The position numbers were made by a program, and so were the translations under genes. Below are positions 23,285 to 30,396 of a DNA stretch of 32,000 nt, piece after piece. The notes below the pieces were generated by a model. That model did not search any database, was not told where the DNA came from, and saw only the letters and a program-made list of their open reading frames with translations. The first letter of the stretch is position 1; every line of letters begins with the position of its first letter. The DNA comes from Microcystis aeruginosa NIES-843 (GTDB taxonomy: Bacteria > Cyanobacteriota > Cyanobacteriia > Cyanobacteriales > Microcystaceae), in contig NC_010296.1 in the NCBI RefSeq assembly GCF_000010625.1, positions 3,300,001 to 3,332,000 of the forward strand. Direction: 5' to 3'.

Positions 23285-24796
23285 ATGGAAAATTTAATCA
23301 AGGAAGCACTAAGCCATCGAGCGATTAATCATCCGTATTTACTGGCTTTAGAAAAAGGAGAATTTCAACATATTGATGAAGTTCTGACAGACTTTGCCAG
23401 TCAATACGGAGCTTATAGTGACTGGTTTTCCCGTTATTTAACAGCAGTAATATCAAAGCTAGAAAATCCCACTCATCGAAATCACCTGCTGAAGAACTTA
23501 GCTGAAGAAAACGGACATCTACACCATGAAGATCTCGAAGCAATCCGTAAATTAAGTATTAAGGACGAGTGGGTACAGGAAATTCCTCACCCACAGTTAT
23601 TCAAGCGTTTTCAAGAAGCGATGGGAGTAGATAGCACGCAAACGCCTTGTGTTGAAGTGGAAATCTGGCGTGAATCATTCTTATCGCTGCTCCAGAATGG
23701 AAGTTCACTCCAAGCTATTGGAGCGATAGGTTTAGGGACTGAATCTGTTGTTAAATTTATCTACAAACACATTATTGAAGCGATCAAAAAACATACATCA
23801 TTATCCTTGCAGCAATATGTATTTTTTCCTTTACATACAGAAGTGGAGGATGAACACAGCTTAACTTTAGTTGAGATTGCTAAAGAATTAGCCAGTGAAA
23901 GCGAACAGGCTGTTCTGGAATTACGGAAAGGAATGTTAAAAGCCTTAAATCTACGTGCTGCTTACTGGGACAATATGTATGAACGTGCGTTGGCACTAGA
24001 TAAATCTTTGACCTCATCAGACCAACTCAAGATTGTTACGCTTTTCACTAAAATGATTAAAGGCAAAAAGCTGTCTAATCAGGAACAGGAACTTTTATTG
24101 CATCAAATCAATGACGTGCGTATTGGATTGACGGAAGACTTATCTACTGTTCCAGTGGAAAAACTACTACTCGGATTGAGTTCACTTTTGCTATACGGGA
24201 TGCAAACGGAAAAGCACAAGGAAGAAGTTCTGAACTTGTTAAATTGGCTTGAAAATCCATCTGGTGAATGCCAATGCTCTCAAACAATATTAAGGCTTGC
24301 TTCACAACTTTACCATGATTTTCAAACGATGCGTCTCGGAGGCTTGACCGAAAAAATTAATGAACAAAAAAGCTTGACTCATGTGCAAGAAGGTAAAGAG
24401 CTTATTTCAACAATCAGCGCCAGCAACTTAGAAGCCTTATACAACAATAAGGTTGATAAACTCAATATTGATTTTAACGTATTTCGCCTGCCATTTGATC
24501 TAGAAGTTTTAGATGCACGCCTAGTTATAGTCAAGCCAGGAAAGGCGAATGAAATGCACAGACACGCACATGAAACCGTATTTGTATTTCTTCAGGGTCA
24601 AGGAAAAGTTATTGTTGATCAATACGAAAACGAGGTCGAACCAGGTACTTTTGCTGTTATTCCCCGTTGGTGTGTGCATCAATCTGTGAACTTAGGAGAA
24701 GAAGAGCTAATTTTTCTGGCGATAGCTGATTTTGGATTAACTGGTAAAAGTTTTATGGGTAATTACTTACACAGTGCTAGACTAAAACAAAATTAG
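23285..24796 (+). CDS. fusion protein: heme-oxygenase-like di-iron oxidase (HDO) domain plus C-terminal cupin (503 aa)
   Basis: aa 1-240: AINHPYLLALEKGEF...DFASQYGAYSDWFSRYL, E75-x-x-H78 (AEENGH), E153 (GTES), and H184-x3-E188-x2-H191 (HTEVEDEH). This is a four-helix di-iron ligand pattern of the 'iron-containing redox enzyme' family. aa ~400-485: cupin motifs G419-x5-H-x-H-x-HE and G454-x5-P-x-W-x2-H465-x3-N. Confidence 0.7.
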   Translation: MENLIKEALSHRAINHPYLLALEKGEFQHIDEVLTDFASQYGAYSDWFSRYLTAVISKLENPTHRNHLLKNLAEENGHLHHEDLEAIRKLSIKDEWVQEIPHPQLFKRFQEAMGVDSTQTPCVEVEIWRESFLSLLQNGSSLQAIGAIGLGTESVVKFIYKHIIEAIKKHTSLSLQQYVFFPLHTEVEDEHSLTLVEIAKELASESEQAVLELRKGMLKALNLRAAYWDNMYERALALDKSLTSSDQLKIVTLFTKMIKGKKLSNQEQELLLHQINDVRIGLTEDLSTVPVEKLLLGLSSLLLYGMQTEKHKEEVLNLLNWLENPSGECQCSQTILRLASQLYHDFQTMRLGGLTEKINEQKSLTHVQEGKELISTISASNLEALYNNKVDKLNIDFNVFRLPFDLEVLDARLVIVKPGKANEMHRHAHETVFVFLQGQGKVIVDQYENEVEPGTFAVIPRWCVHQSVNLGEEELIFLAIADFGLTGKSFMGNYLHSARLKQN

Positions 24797-24816
24797 TGCA
24801 AATTTTATCACGTTAG

Positions 24817-25584
24817 ATGGGTATGAAAGCAACACAAGAAACCAAAAAACTTTACGACGAAAGCGCAGGAGACTGGAAACGAGTAGAACCGATTTTGCTT
24901 TCTGATTACTCCGCACGTCCCTTTGTCATTGATTTATGTGAACCGATTGTCAACAAGAATATATTAGATCTAGGCTGTGGGGAAGGTTATGTAGGAAGAG
25001 AGTTAATTAACCGAGGCGCTCAATCTGTTCATGGGATTGATATTTCATCGCAAATGATCGAGCAGGCCTTGATTCAAAAAAACGAGCATCAGATTATTAA
25101 TGCTTCCTATGAAGCTGGTGATATTCGTGATTTTGCGGTCACTGAGTCCGAACAATACGATTTAGTTCTGGCTATGTTTCTGTTCAACTACTTAAATGTT
25201 TCAGAAACTATTAGCACGATGCAGAAAGCCTACCAACTTTTGAAATTCGGTGGCTATTTCCTGTTCGCCGTCCCCCATCCCTCTTTACCTTTTCTGAAAA
25301 AAGATAAGTTTCCCTTTTATTTTAAACCGAAAGCTGGCTATTTTTCCGGACGCAATCAATTATTCCCCGGTGAGATTTGGCGCCGAGATAGAAAAGCCGT
25401 CGCCGTGCAATGTGTTCATAAAACTATGGAAGATTACTTCACATCTCTTCGTTTAGCAGCCTTCACAAAAATGCCAGAAGTTTATGAACTAAAAATTAAT
25501 CAGGAACATTTAGAACTAGACCCAGAATTTTTTACTCCGCTCATTGACCTTCCCCTTCACGTTGCTTTCAAAATTCAAAAATGA
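24817..25584 (+). CDS. class I SAM-dependent methyltransferase (255 aa)
   Basis: Motif I ILDLGCGEGYVG, post-I HGIDIS, and motif II/III YDLVLAMFLFNYL...LKFGGYFLFAVP. Starts 20 nt after the upstream gene. Confidence 0.85.
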   Translation: MGMKATQETKKLYDESAGDWKRVEPILLSDYSARPFVIDLCEPIVNKNILDLGCGEGYVGRELINRGAQSVHGIDISSQMIEQALIQKNEHQIINASYEAGDIRDFAVTESEQYDLVLAMFLFNYLNVSETISTMQKAYQLLKFGGYFLFAVPHPSLPFLKKDKFPFYFKPKAGYFSGRNQLFPGEIWRRDRKAVAVQCVHKTMEDYFTSLRLAAFTKMPEVYELKINQEHLELDPEFFTPLIDLPLHVAFKIQK

Positions 25585-26498
25585 TTAGACCAATTTTTGA
25601 TCCTAATATTTCATTACTGACTTGGAAAAAATTGCCTGATCCTTCTCAACTATTTTTTCATGTACCAGAATCATTAGTCTCAGATTTACTAAAAAGAAGC
25701 AATCACAAATGGCTTGAAAAACCCAACGAAATAGGACAGGAAACAGTCAATGAAAATCTTGATTTTTTCCTACCATTTCGTGAGAAATTGCTCCAGAAAC
25801 CAGGCATAATTATTTTCCGATTAGAACCGGAATTAACAGAAATAGAAATGCGGTTAATTTATGCTTTTATTTCTCGCATTTTTGGACTGCTAAACCACCG
25901 CTATGGCTATTTTTTTGATGTAATCGATCGAGGAATGGATTACACTAAAAAAGCTATACCCGTTTCGATGACGAATGCAGAAACTGGCTATCATACCGAT
26001 AGTACAGCCAAAAACTACTTCCCTGATTTTGTTGGCTTACTGTGTCTTGCTGCCGCGGATGAGGGAGGAGATTCCCTGGTAGTAAACGCCGCCAATTTGT
26101 ATCAATATTTCTGGCAACACCATACAGACCTAGTTCCCTATCTTTACGAACCTTTGGCGCGCGATGTGATTACACCTGGAGAGATTAATTCTCAAGAAGC
26201 TATTCAAAAGAATAATTTCCCCTTATTCTCAGCCGATTCTCAGGGTCTGGTTTTTCGTTATATGCGGTACTGGATTGAAGTCGCTTACTCCAAACTGGAA
26301 ATAGCGCAACCGGAAGCTATCACAAAAACACTCGACATCATCGACGACTTTTTTTCAAAACCAGAAAATACAGTCCGCTTCAAAATGAAAAAAGGTGATG
26401 TATTTTACATTAATAATCGCTTTTTATGCCACAATAGAACCGCTTTTAAAAATTCAGGAAAACCCCGACAGATGGTCCGTAGTTGGATTAACCTTTAA
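25581..26498 (+). CDS. TauD/TfdA (clavaminate-synthase-like) Fe(II)/2-oxoglutarate oxygenase (305 aa)
   Basis: H-x-D facial-triad motif in GYHTDST, a distal His in FLCHNRTAF, and an Arg near the C-terminus (RQMVRSW). ATGA overlap with the methyltransferase gene. Confidence 0.78.
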   Translation: MIRPIFDPNISLLTWKKLPDPSQLFFHVPESLVSDLLKRSNHKWLEKPNEIGQETVNENLDFFLPFREKLLQKPGIIIFRLEPELTEIEMRLIYAFISRIFGLLNHRYGYFFDVIDRGMDYTKKAIPVSMTNAETGYHTDSTAKNYFPDFVGLLCLAAADEGGDSLVVNAANLYQYFWQHHTDLVPYLYEPLARDVITPGEINSQEAIQKNNFPLFSADSQGLVFRYMRYWIEVAYSKLEIAQPEAITKTLDIIDDFFSKPENTVRFKMKKGDVFYINNRFLCHNRTAFKNSGKPRQMVRSWINL

Positions 26499-26564
26499 AC
26501 AAAATATGTCCAAGGGAGAAAGTAAACCGGTCAAGGTACCGAGTACAATGACCTCAGCTTCCTT

Positions 26565-26746
26565 GGGAGCATCTCACCTTTGCAATGAGCATAAATACTT
26601 AGTGGAAAAATAGGCTTTTCGAGGGTAATTCTTGTTTTAATTCTCCATGTACGCAGTCTTTAAAAGCCTCTATTTCGTTCCAAGACACGATTAAGAGTGG
26701 CTTTTAGGCTAAGTATAATTACTTATCGCGTAAGTGAGATGCTCCC
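26565..26746. mobile_element. 182-bp MITE, second copy (inverted relative to 7409-7590), 8-bp TSD
   Basis: TIR GGGAGCATCTCAC at both ends. Flanked by the direct repeat GCTTCCTT (26557-26564 and 26747-26754). Confidence 0.85.
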
Positions 26747-26782
26747 GCTTCCTTGTCATCCCTTCAGGGGTTCAAACTCACC

Positions 26783-28297
26783 TTAAAAAACTTTCGGTCG
26801 GCCTAAAGTAGTGATATAGATAACTGCTTCATCGGAGGGAATTCCTAACACTTCATTAACTTGATCATCAAAAAAACCACCGATACCACTAACCCCTAAC
26901 CCCAGATGAATAGCCGCTAAATTTAATCTCTGTCCCAAATGTCCCGCATCTGCATGAAGATAACGATAAACTCGATCGCCATATTTAGCCACTGCTTTTG
27001 ACAGATCCGCCGTATGAAAAACCACAGCGGCCGCATCCCGTCCCAAATCCTGACCTAAACAGAGATAATGTAACTCTTGCCGGAAATTTTTAAAGCGAAT
27101 TTGCCGCAATTCTTGGGCTTTAGGAGCATAATAATAACAGCCTTCCTCTAATCCAGTTACTGCCGAAACAGCGATAAAAGTTTCCAATAAATCTAGATCG
27201 AAATAATCGGGATTGGGATCGAGATTTTGGCCGGCATAATCTTGGGGTTGATAGGTGAAATGCAGCAGCGCTCGCAATTCGTCTAAACTGAGACTAGCAC
27301 CACTATAAGCGCGGGTAGATCTGCGTTTAAGAATCGTACTTTCGAGAGCGATTAAATCTTCCCCCCAATTGACGGGACGGGATGTCACGGAAACTTTTAG
27401 ACAAAAAGGAAAATTATATTTATCTTCCCAATTAGAGGGGGTAACAGTTGCTTCTATCTTCTCATCTGTAGCTATGATAGTGGCTCGGTGTAGGGAGTTT
27501 AATAATTCTCCCTCGGGAATTTCGGGATAAAGAGTCGTGGTTGCCGAAGGGAGTGCCGTGGTACTATGGGGGAGATTTTGCCGGATATTGAGCAGATCTG
27601 CCAAAGGAATCACCGTCATGACACTTTCCTTCTCGGAATCGAGATAAAGCAATTCATTCATCTGGATATCGTTAAAACCACCGATTAAATGGGCGCGATA
27701 GTCATTAATCGAGGCTGATAACTCAATATTGCCTAATAAATGCCCTGTATCGAGGAAAATACGCCGATAAGCTCGATCTTCGTAGCGCCAAGCGGACCGA
27801 TAAAAAATGGCACTGGTAACTACAGCGATATCGGTATTTTCTAAAACAGGATTCCAGAAACAAGCAGATTGTAGGTTGGTCCAGACATCACTTTCCCAGA
27901 ATAAAAGCAGCGAGTGACTTTGACCTTGGTAACTGTAGAGACCGGCGGGTAAAAATTCCGTGCCACGGGAGATCAGATAGACCTCGGCGGGGTATAATCC
28001 ACCAGCAGAGGGTGCGGAACGTAGGTACAAGGGACTCCCCATAGTGGCGATTTTGGCAGTTAACCCATAGCTACAGCCCAAAATTCGCGATATACGTCGC
28101 CAAAAGTCTCCTTTTTGGGGAACTGTTTGACGGGAGAGGTAGGGTTTGAGATCGAAAGTCTGACCGATTTTGTATTCTTTGAAGGGATGGGGTTGTTGAC
28201 TCCAATCAAGACCTTTACTTTTTGAGGCGATCGTCTGGGGGTCGTATTTGGTCCGCTCGTGGTAGTATTGGGCGATCGAGATTGGCTGATCTGGCAT
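26783..28297 (-). CDS. SagB/ThcOx-type dehydrogenase with tandem nitroreductase-like domains (504 aa)
   Basis: N-terminal YYHERTKYDP...QPHPFKEY, RSAPSAGGLYPAEVY in domain 1, and RRSTRAY...LHADAGHLGQRLNLAA...GVSGIGGFFDD in domain 2. Confidence 0.8.
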   Translation of the reverse strand: MPDQPISIAQYYHERTKYDPQTIASKSKGLDWSQQPHPFKEYKIGQTFDLKPYLSRQTVPQKGDFWRRISRILGCSYGLTAKIATMGSPLYLRSAPSAGGLYPAEVYLISRGTEFLPAGLYSYQGQSHSLLLFWESDVWTNLQSACFWNPVLENTDIAVVTSAIFYRSAWRYEDRAYRRIFLDTGHLLGNIELSASINDYRAHLIGGFNDIQMNELLYLDSEKESVMTVIPLADLLNIRQNLPHSTTALPSATTTLYPEIPEGELLNSLHRATIIATDEKIEATVTPSNWEDKYNFPFCLKVSVTSRPVNWGEDLIALESTILKRRSTRAYSGASLSLDELRALLHFTYQPQDYAGQNLDPNPDYFDLDLLETFIAVSAVTGLEEGCYYYAPKAQELRQIRFKNFRQELHYLCLGQDLGRDAAAVVFHTADLSKAVAKYGDRVYRYLHADAGHLGQRLNLAAIHLGLGVSGIGGFFDDQVNEVLGIPSDEAVIYITTLGRPKVF

Positions 28298-28351
28298 GAT
28301 AAAGATAGGCTGTCTAAGCTTTACTTTTTAGTTTGACATACTCCCACCCCT

Positions 28352-28384
28352 AGAAAACGGGTTTCTGAAAGAAACCCGTTTTCT
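28352..28384. repeat. perfect 14-bp-stem hairpin (copy 1)
   Basis: AGAAAACGGGTTTC TGAAA GAAACCCGTTTTCT. A sister copy at 29296-29328 differs by one compensated base pair. Confidence 0.75.
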
Positions 28385-28391
28385 AAATACT

Positions 28392-28489
28392 CCCCTCTCC
28401 CACCCCCCCCTGCTCTACGATGTCGGGTAGGGTTGATTTATGAATCAACCCTACCCTTGATAAGGGGGGTGGGGGGTTGGGGGTGAGGG
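28392..28489. repeat. nested C-rich / G-rich palindrome with G-quadruplex-type tract
   Basis: The outer arms are CCCCTCTCCCACCCCCCCC and GGGGGGTGGGGGGTTGGGGGTGAGGG. The inner part is a perfect hairpin, GGGTAGGGTTGATT TATG AATCAACCCTACCC (28425-28456). The CGATGTCGGG core recurs near 30943. Confidence 0.7.
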
Positions 28490-28546
28490 TAATTAACCAT
28501 ATCTGCCATTACTTTAGAAAAATAGTATAACTGCTATAATTATTCC

Positions 28547-28892
28547 ATGGCGGCTCAACCCAGAGAAATTCGACGTTATGTTACCAGTGACGGCAAAGTT
28601 CCCTTTGCCCAATGGCTCGATTCTTTGCGGGATATTAAGGCTAAAACTAAAATTGCTCAACGCCTAAACCGGGTTAATTTAGGTAACTTAGGGGATTATA
28701 AATCAGCTTTGAGCAGGAGTTTATGAACTACGAATAGACTATGGTTCTGGTTATCGCGTTTACTTTGGACAAATCGGAACAACGATTATCTTACTCCTGT
28801 GTGGAGGAGATAAAAAAACGCAAGCTAAAGACATTGAAATAGCTCAAAAATATTGGCAAGACTATAGGAGCCGAGAAAATGCCAGTCAGTGA
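28547..28892 (+). pseudogene. HigB/RelE-type 'addiction module killer' toxin gene with a +1 frameshift
   Basis: Frame 1 gives MAAQPREIRRYVTSDGKVPFAQWLDSLRDIKAKTKIAQRLNRVNLGNLGDYKS..., stopping near 28726. Frame 2 continues GVYELRIDYGSGYRVYFGQIGTTIILLLCGGDKKTQAKDIEIAQKYWQDY. The total span is 346 nt, one more than a multiple of three. Confidence 0.75.
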
Positions 28893-29241
28893 TAGTTATC
28901 ATGATTCCCTGATCGAATCTCTTAAAGATTCCCATTATGCAGCAGTTTATCTGGAAACTCATCTCGAGGGAGATGAATATGAATTTGAATCAGAATTACT
29001 CAGACTTGCGTTCAATCACGTCCTAGAAGCCCTTGGCCCTCAAAATCTAACACCAGAACAAATCAAAATTCAGGCGAAGCAATTGGAAGAACTAATGCAA
29101 AAACCTGCACCTGAAGCCATGAATCAACTAACCTCTTGGCTTCAAGCTTTAGGATTGAAATTAACGATAACGGTCGCTTCAAAAATGCCAGAAATAAATC
29201 ATGAAAATGACGCTGTTAGTTCAATCAAGATTACAGTGTAG
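28879..29241 (+). CDS. cognate HTH antitoxin ('addiction module antidote' type, 120 aa)
   Basis: Overlaps the toxin 3' end by 14 nt. LKDSHYAAVYLETHLEGDE...LLRLAFNHVLEA...WLQALGLKLTI resembles the antidote family partnered with this toxin type. Confidence 0.7.
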   Translation: MPVSDSYHDSLIESLKDSHYAAVYLETHLEGDEYEFESELLRLAFNHVLEALGPQNLTPEQIKIQAKQLEELMQKPAPEAMNQLTSWLQALGLKLTITVASKMPEINHENDAVSSIKITV

Positions 29242-29295
29242 TTTGTAGTTTGGTTTTTTTGATGACAAATTGATAGCCGCTTAACGCACCCTACA

Positions 29296-29328
29296 CAGAA
29301 AAGGGGTTTCTGAAAGAAACCCCTTTTC
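29296..29328. repeat. perfect 14-bp-stem hairpin (copy 2)
   Basis: AGAAAAGGGGTTTC TGAAA GAAACCCCTTTTCT. It has the same loop and following AAATA as copy 1. The C-G pair of copy 1 is replaced here by G-C, with both arms changed. Confidence 0.75.
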
Positions 29329-29366
29329 TAAATAATACCGTTACAATGTTTGAGAGGTCTGAGTGG

Positions 29367-29498
29367 GGCTCTTCTGGTTTCTGTGTGGAAACTAGGTCTA
29401 TACTGATAGTTTCTTCAGCAAAATAGTCCTAAAAGTCTTTCCCAGTAAACATTTCACGATTCTATAAGCAAAAATTATCACACAAAGTCGAGAAGAGC
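29367..29498. mobile_element. ~130-bp MITE-like element with 8-bp flanking direct repeat
   Basis: GCTCTTCT... at the left end and ...AGAAGAGC at the right end are inverted. CTGAGTGG is present on both flanks (29359-29366 and 29499-29506). Confidence 0.5.
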
Positions 29499-29506
29499 CT
29501 GAGTGG

Positions 29507-29541
29507 TAACTGATAACTGATAACTGATAACTGATAACTGA
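29507..29541. repeat. TAACTGA heptamer x5, abutting the Uma2 start codon
   Basis: Five perfect tandem units end 1 nt before ATG 29543. Confidence 0.85.
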
Positions 29542-29542
29542 A

Positions 29543-30337
29543 ATGACTACACCTAGCTTCACCATTCCCCAATCTGACCCTCCCCTTTCCCCCCGGCAAT
29601 CCTTGCCGACGATGTACGATTTACCTAGTGACAATCCACTGGAACCCGGTTTGCCTGACGAATTTCACCTATTACAACCTCAGTTATTACTGCTGACTTT
29701 CCAGCCTCCCAACTGGGAACCAGACCTAGTTTTTAGTGCCGCTGACCTCAACCTTTACTACAATGTCAGACACCCCCAATGGTACAAGCGTCCCGATTGG
29801 TTTGGGGTGGTTGGTGTTCCTCGCCTCTACGATGGCCATGACCTGCGCTTAAGCTATGTGATTTGGCAGGAAGGGGTTTCTCCGACGATTGTGGTGGAAT
29901 TATTGTCTCCAGGTACGGAAAATCAAGATTTAGGCGAAGAACTACGCCAACCCGGGGAACCGCCAACTAAGTGGACAGTTTATGAACAGATTCTGCGGAT
30001 TCCCTACTATGTGGTTTTCAGTCGCTATACTAACCAACTTCAGGCGTTTGAACTGATAGGTGGTTATTACCAACCCGTGACTTTAGTGGAGGGACGCTTA
30101 CCGATTCCTCAACTAGAATTGAGCTTAGGTTTGTGGCAAGGTTCCTATCGGGGAATTGAGCGGCTATGGTTACGCTGGTTGACGCTGGGGGGAGAGTTGA
30201 TTCCCCTGGCCGATGAGGAGTTAATTGCGGCCAAACAAGAGGCTTTTGCGGCTAAACAAGAGGCTTCTGCGGCTAAACAACGAGCAGAACAACTAGCGGC
30301 ACGATTGCGGGAATTAGGGATAGATCCTCAAACCTGA
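29543..30337 (+). CDS. Uma2-family (DUF820) endonuclease with C-terminal coiled-coil repeats
   Basis: LPTMYDLPSDNPLEPGLPDEFH..QP.LL, RPDWFGVVGV, VVELLSPGTENQDLGE, KWTVYEQILRIPYYVVF and AAKQEA repeats are typical of the abundant cyanobacterial Uma2 family. Confidence 0.85.
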   Translation: MTTPSFTIPQSDPPLSPRQSLPTMYDLPSDNPLEPGLPDEFHLLQPQLLLLTFQPPNWEPDLVFSAADLNLYYNVRHPQWYKRPDWFGVVGVPRLYDGHDLRLSYVIWQEGVSPTIVVELLSPGTENQDLGEELRQPGEPPTKWTVYEQILRIPYYVVFSRYTNQLQAFELIGGYYQPVTLVEGRLPIPQLELSLGLWQGSYRGIERLWLRWLTLGGELIPLADEELIAAKQEAFAAKQEASAAKQRAEQLAARLRELGIDPQT

Positions 30338-30360
30338 AGGCTCAAAAACCCCCCAAAAAA

Positions 30361-30390
30361 AGAGAGAGGAAACCCGCGCCTCCTCTCTCT
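30361..30390. terminator. hairpin between convergent genes (possible bidirectional terminator)
   Basis: Perfect 10-bp stem AGAGAGAGGA / TCCTCTCTCT with a 10-nt loop. An A-run lies upstream on the plus strand, which is a U-run for the minus strand. Confidence 0.45.
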
Positions 30391-30396
30391 GGGACA

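Noticed and set aside
23325-23543. 72-aa minus ORF inside the HDO-cupin gene
   Set aside because: Antisense shadow ORF.
26395-26613. 72-aa plus ORF overlapping the end of the 2OG oxygenase gene
   Set aside because: It lies out of frame within the oxygenase gene and then reads into the 182-bp MITE. It is created by the insertion.
29398-29634. 78-aa minus ORF across the MITE-like element and heptamer tract, and 29766-29966 (-) inside the Uma2 gene
   Set aside because: The repeat-derived peptide (VISVISYQLSVISY) is a translation of the heptamer tract. The other ORF is an antisense shadow.
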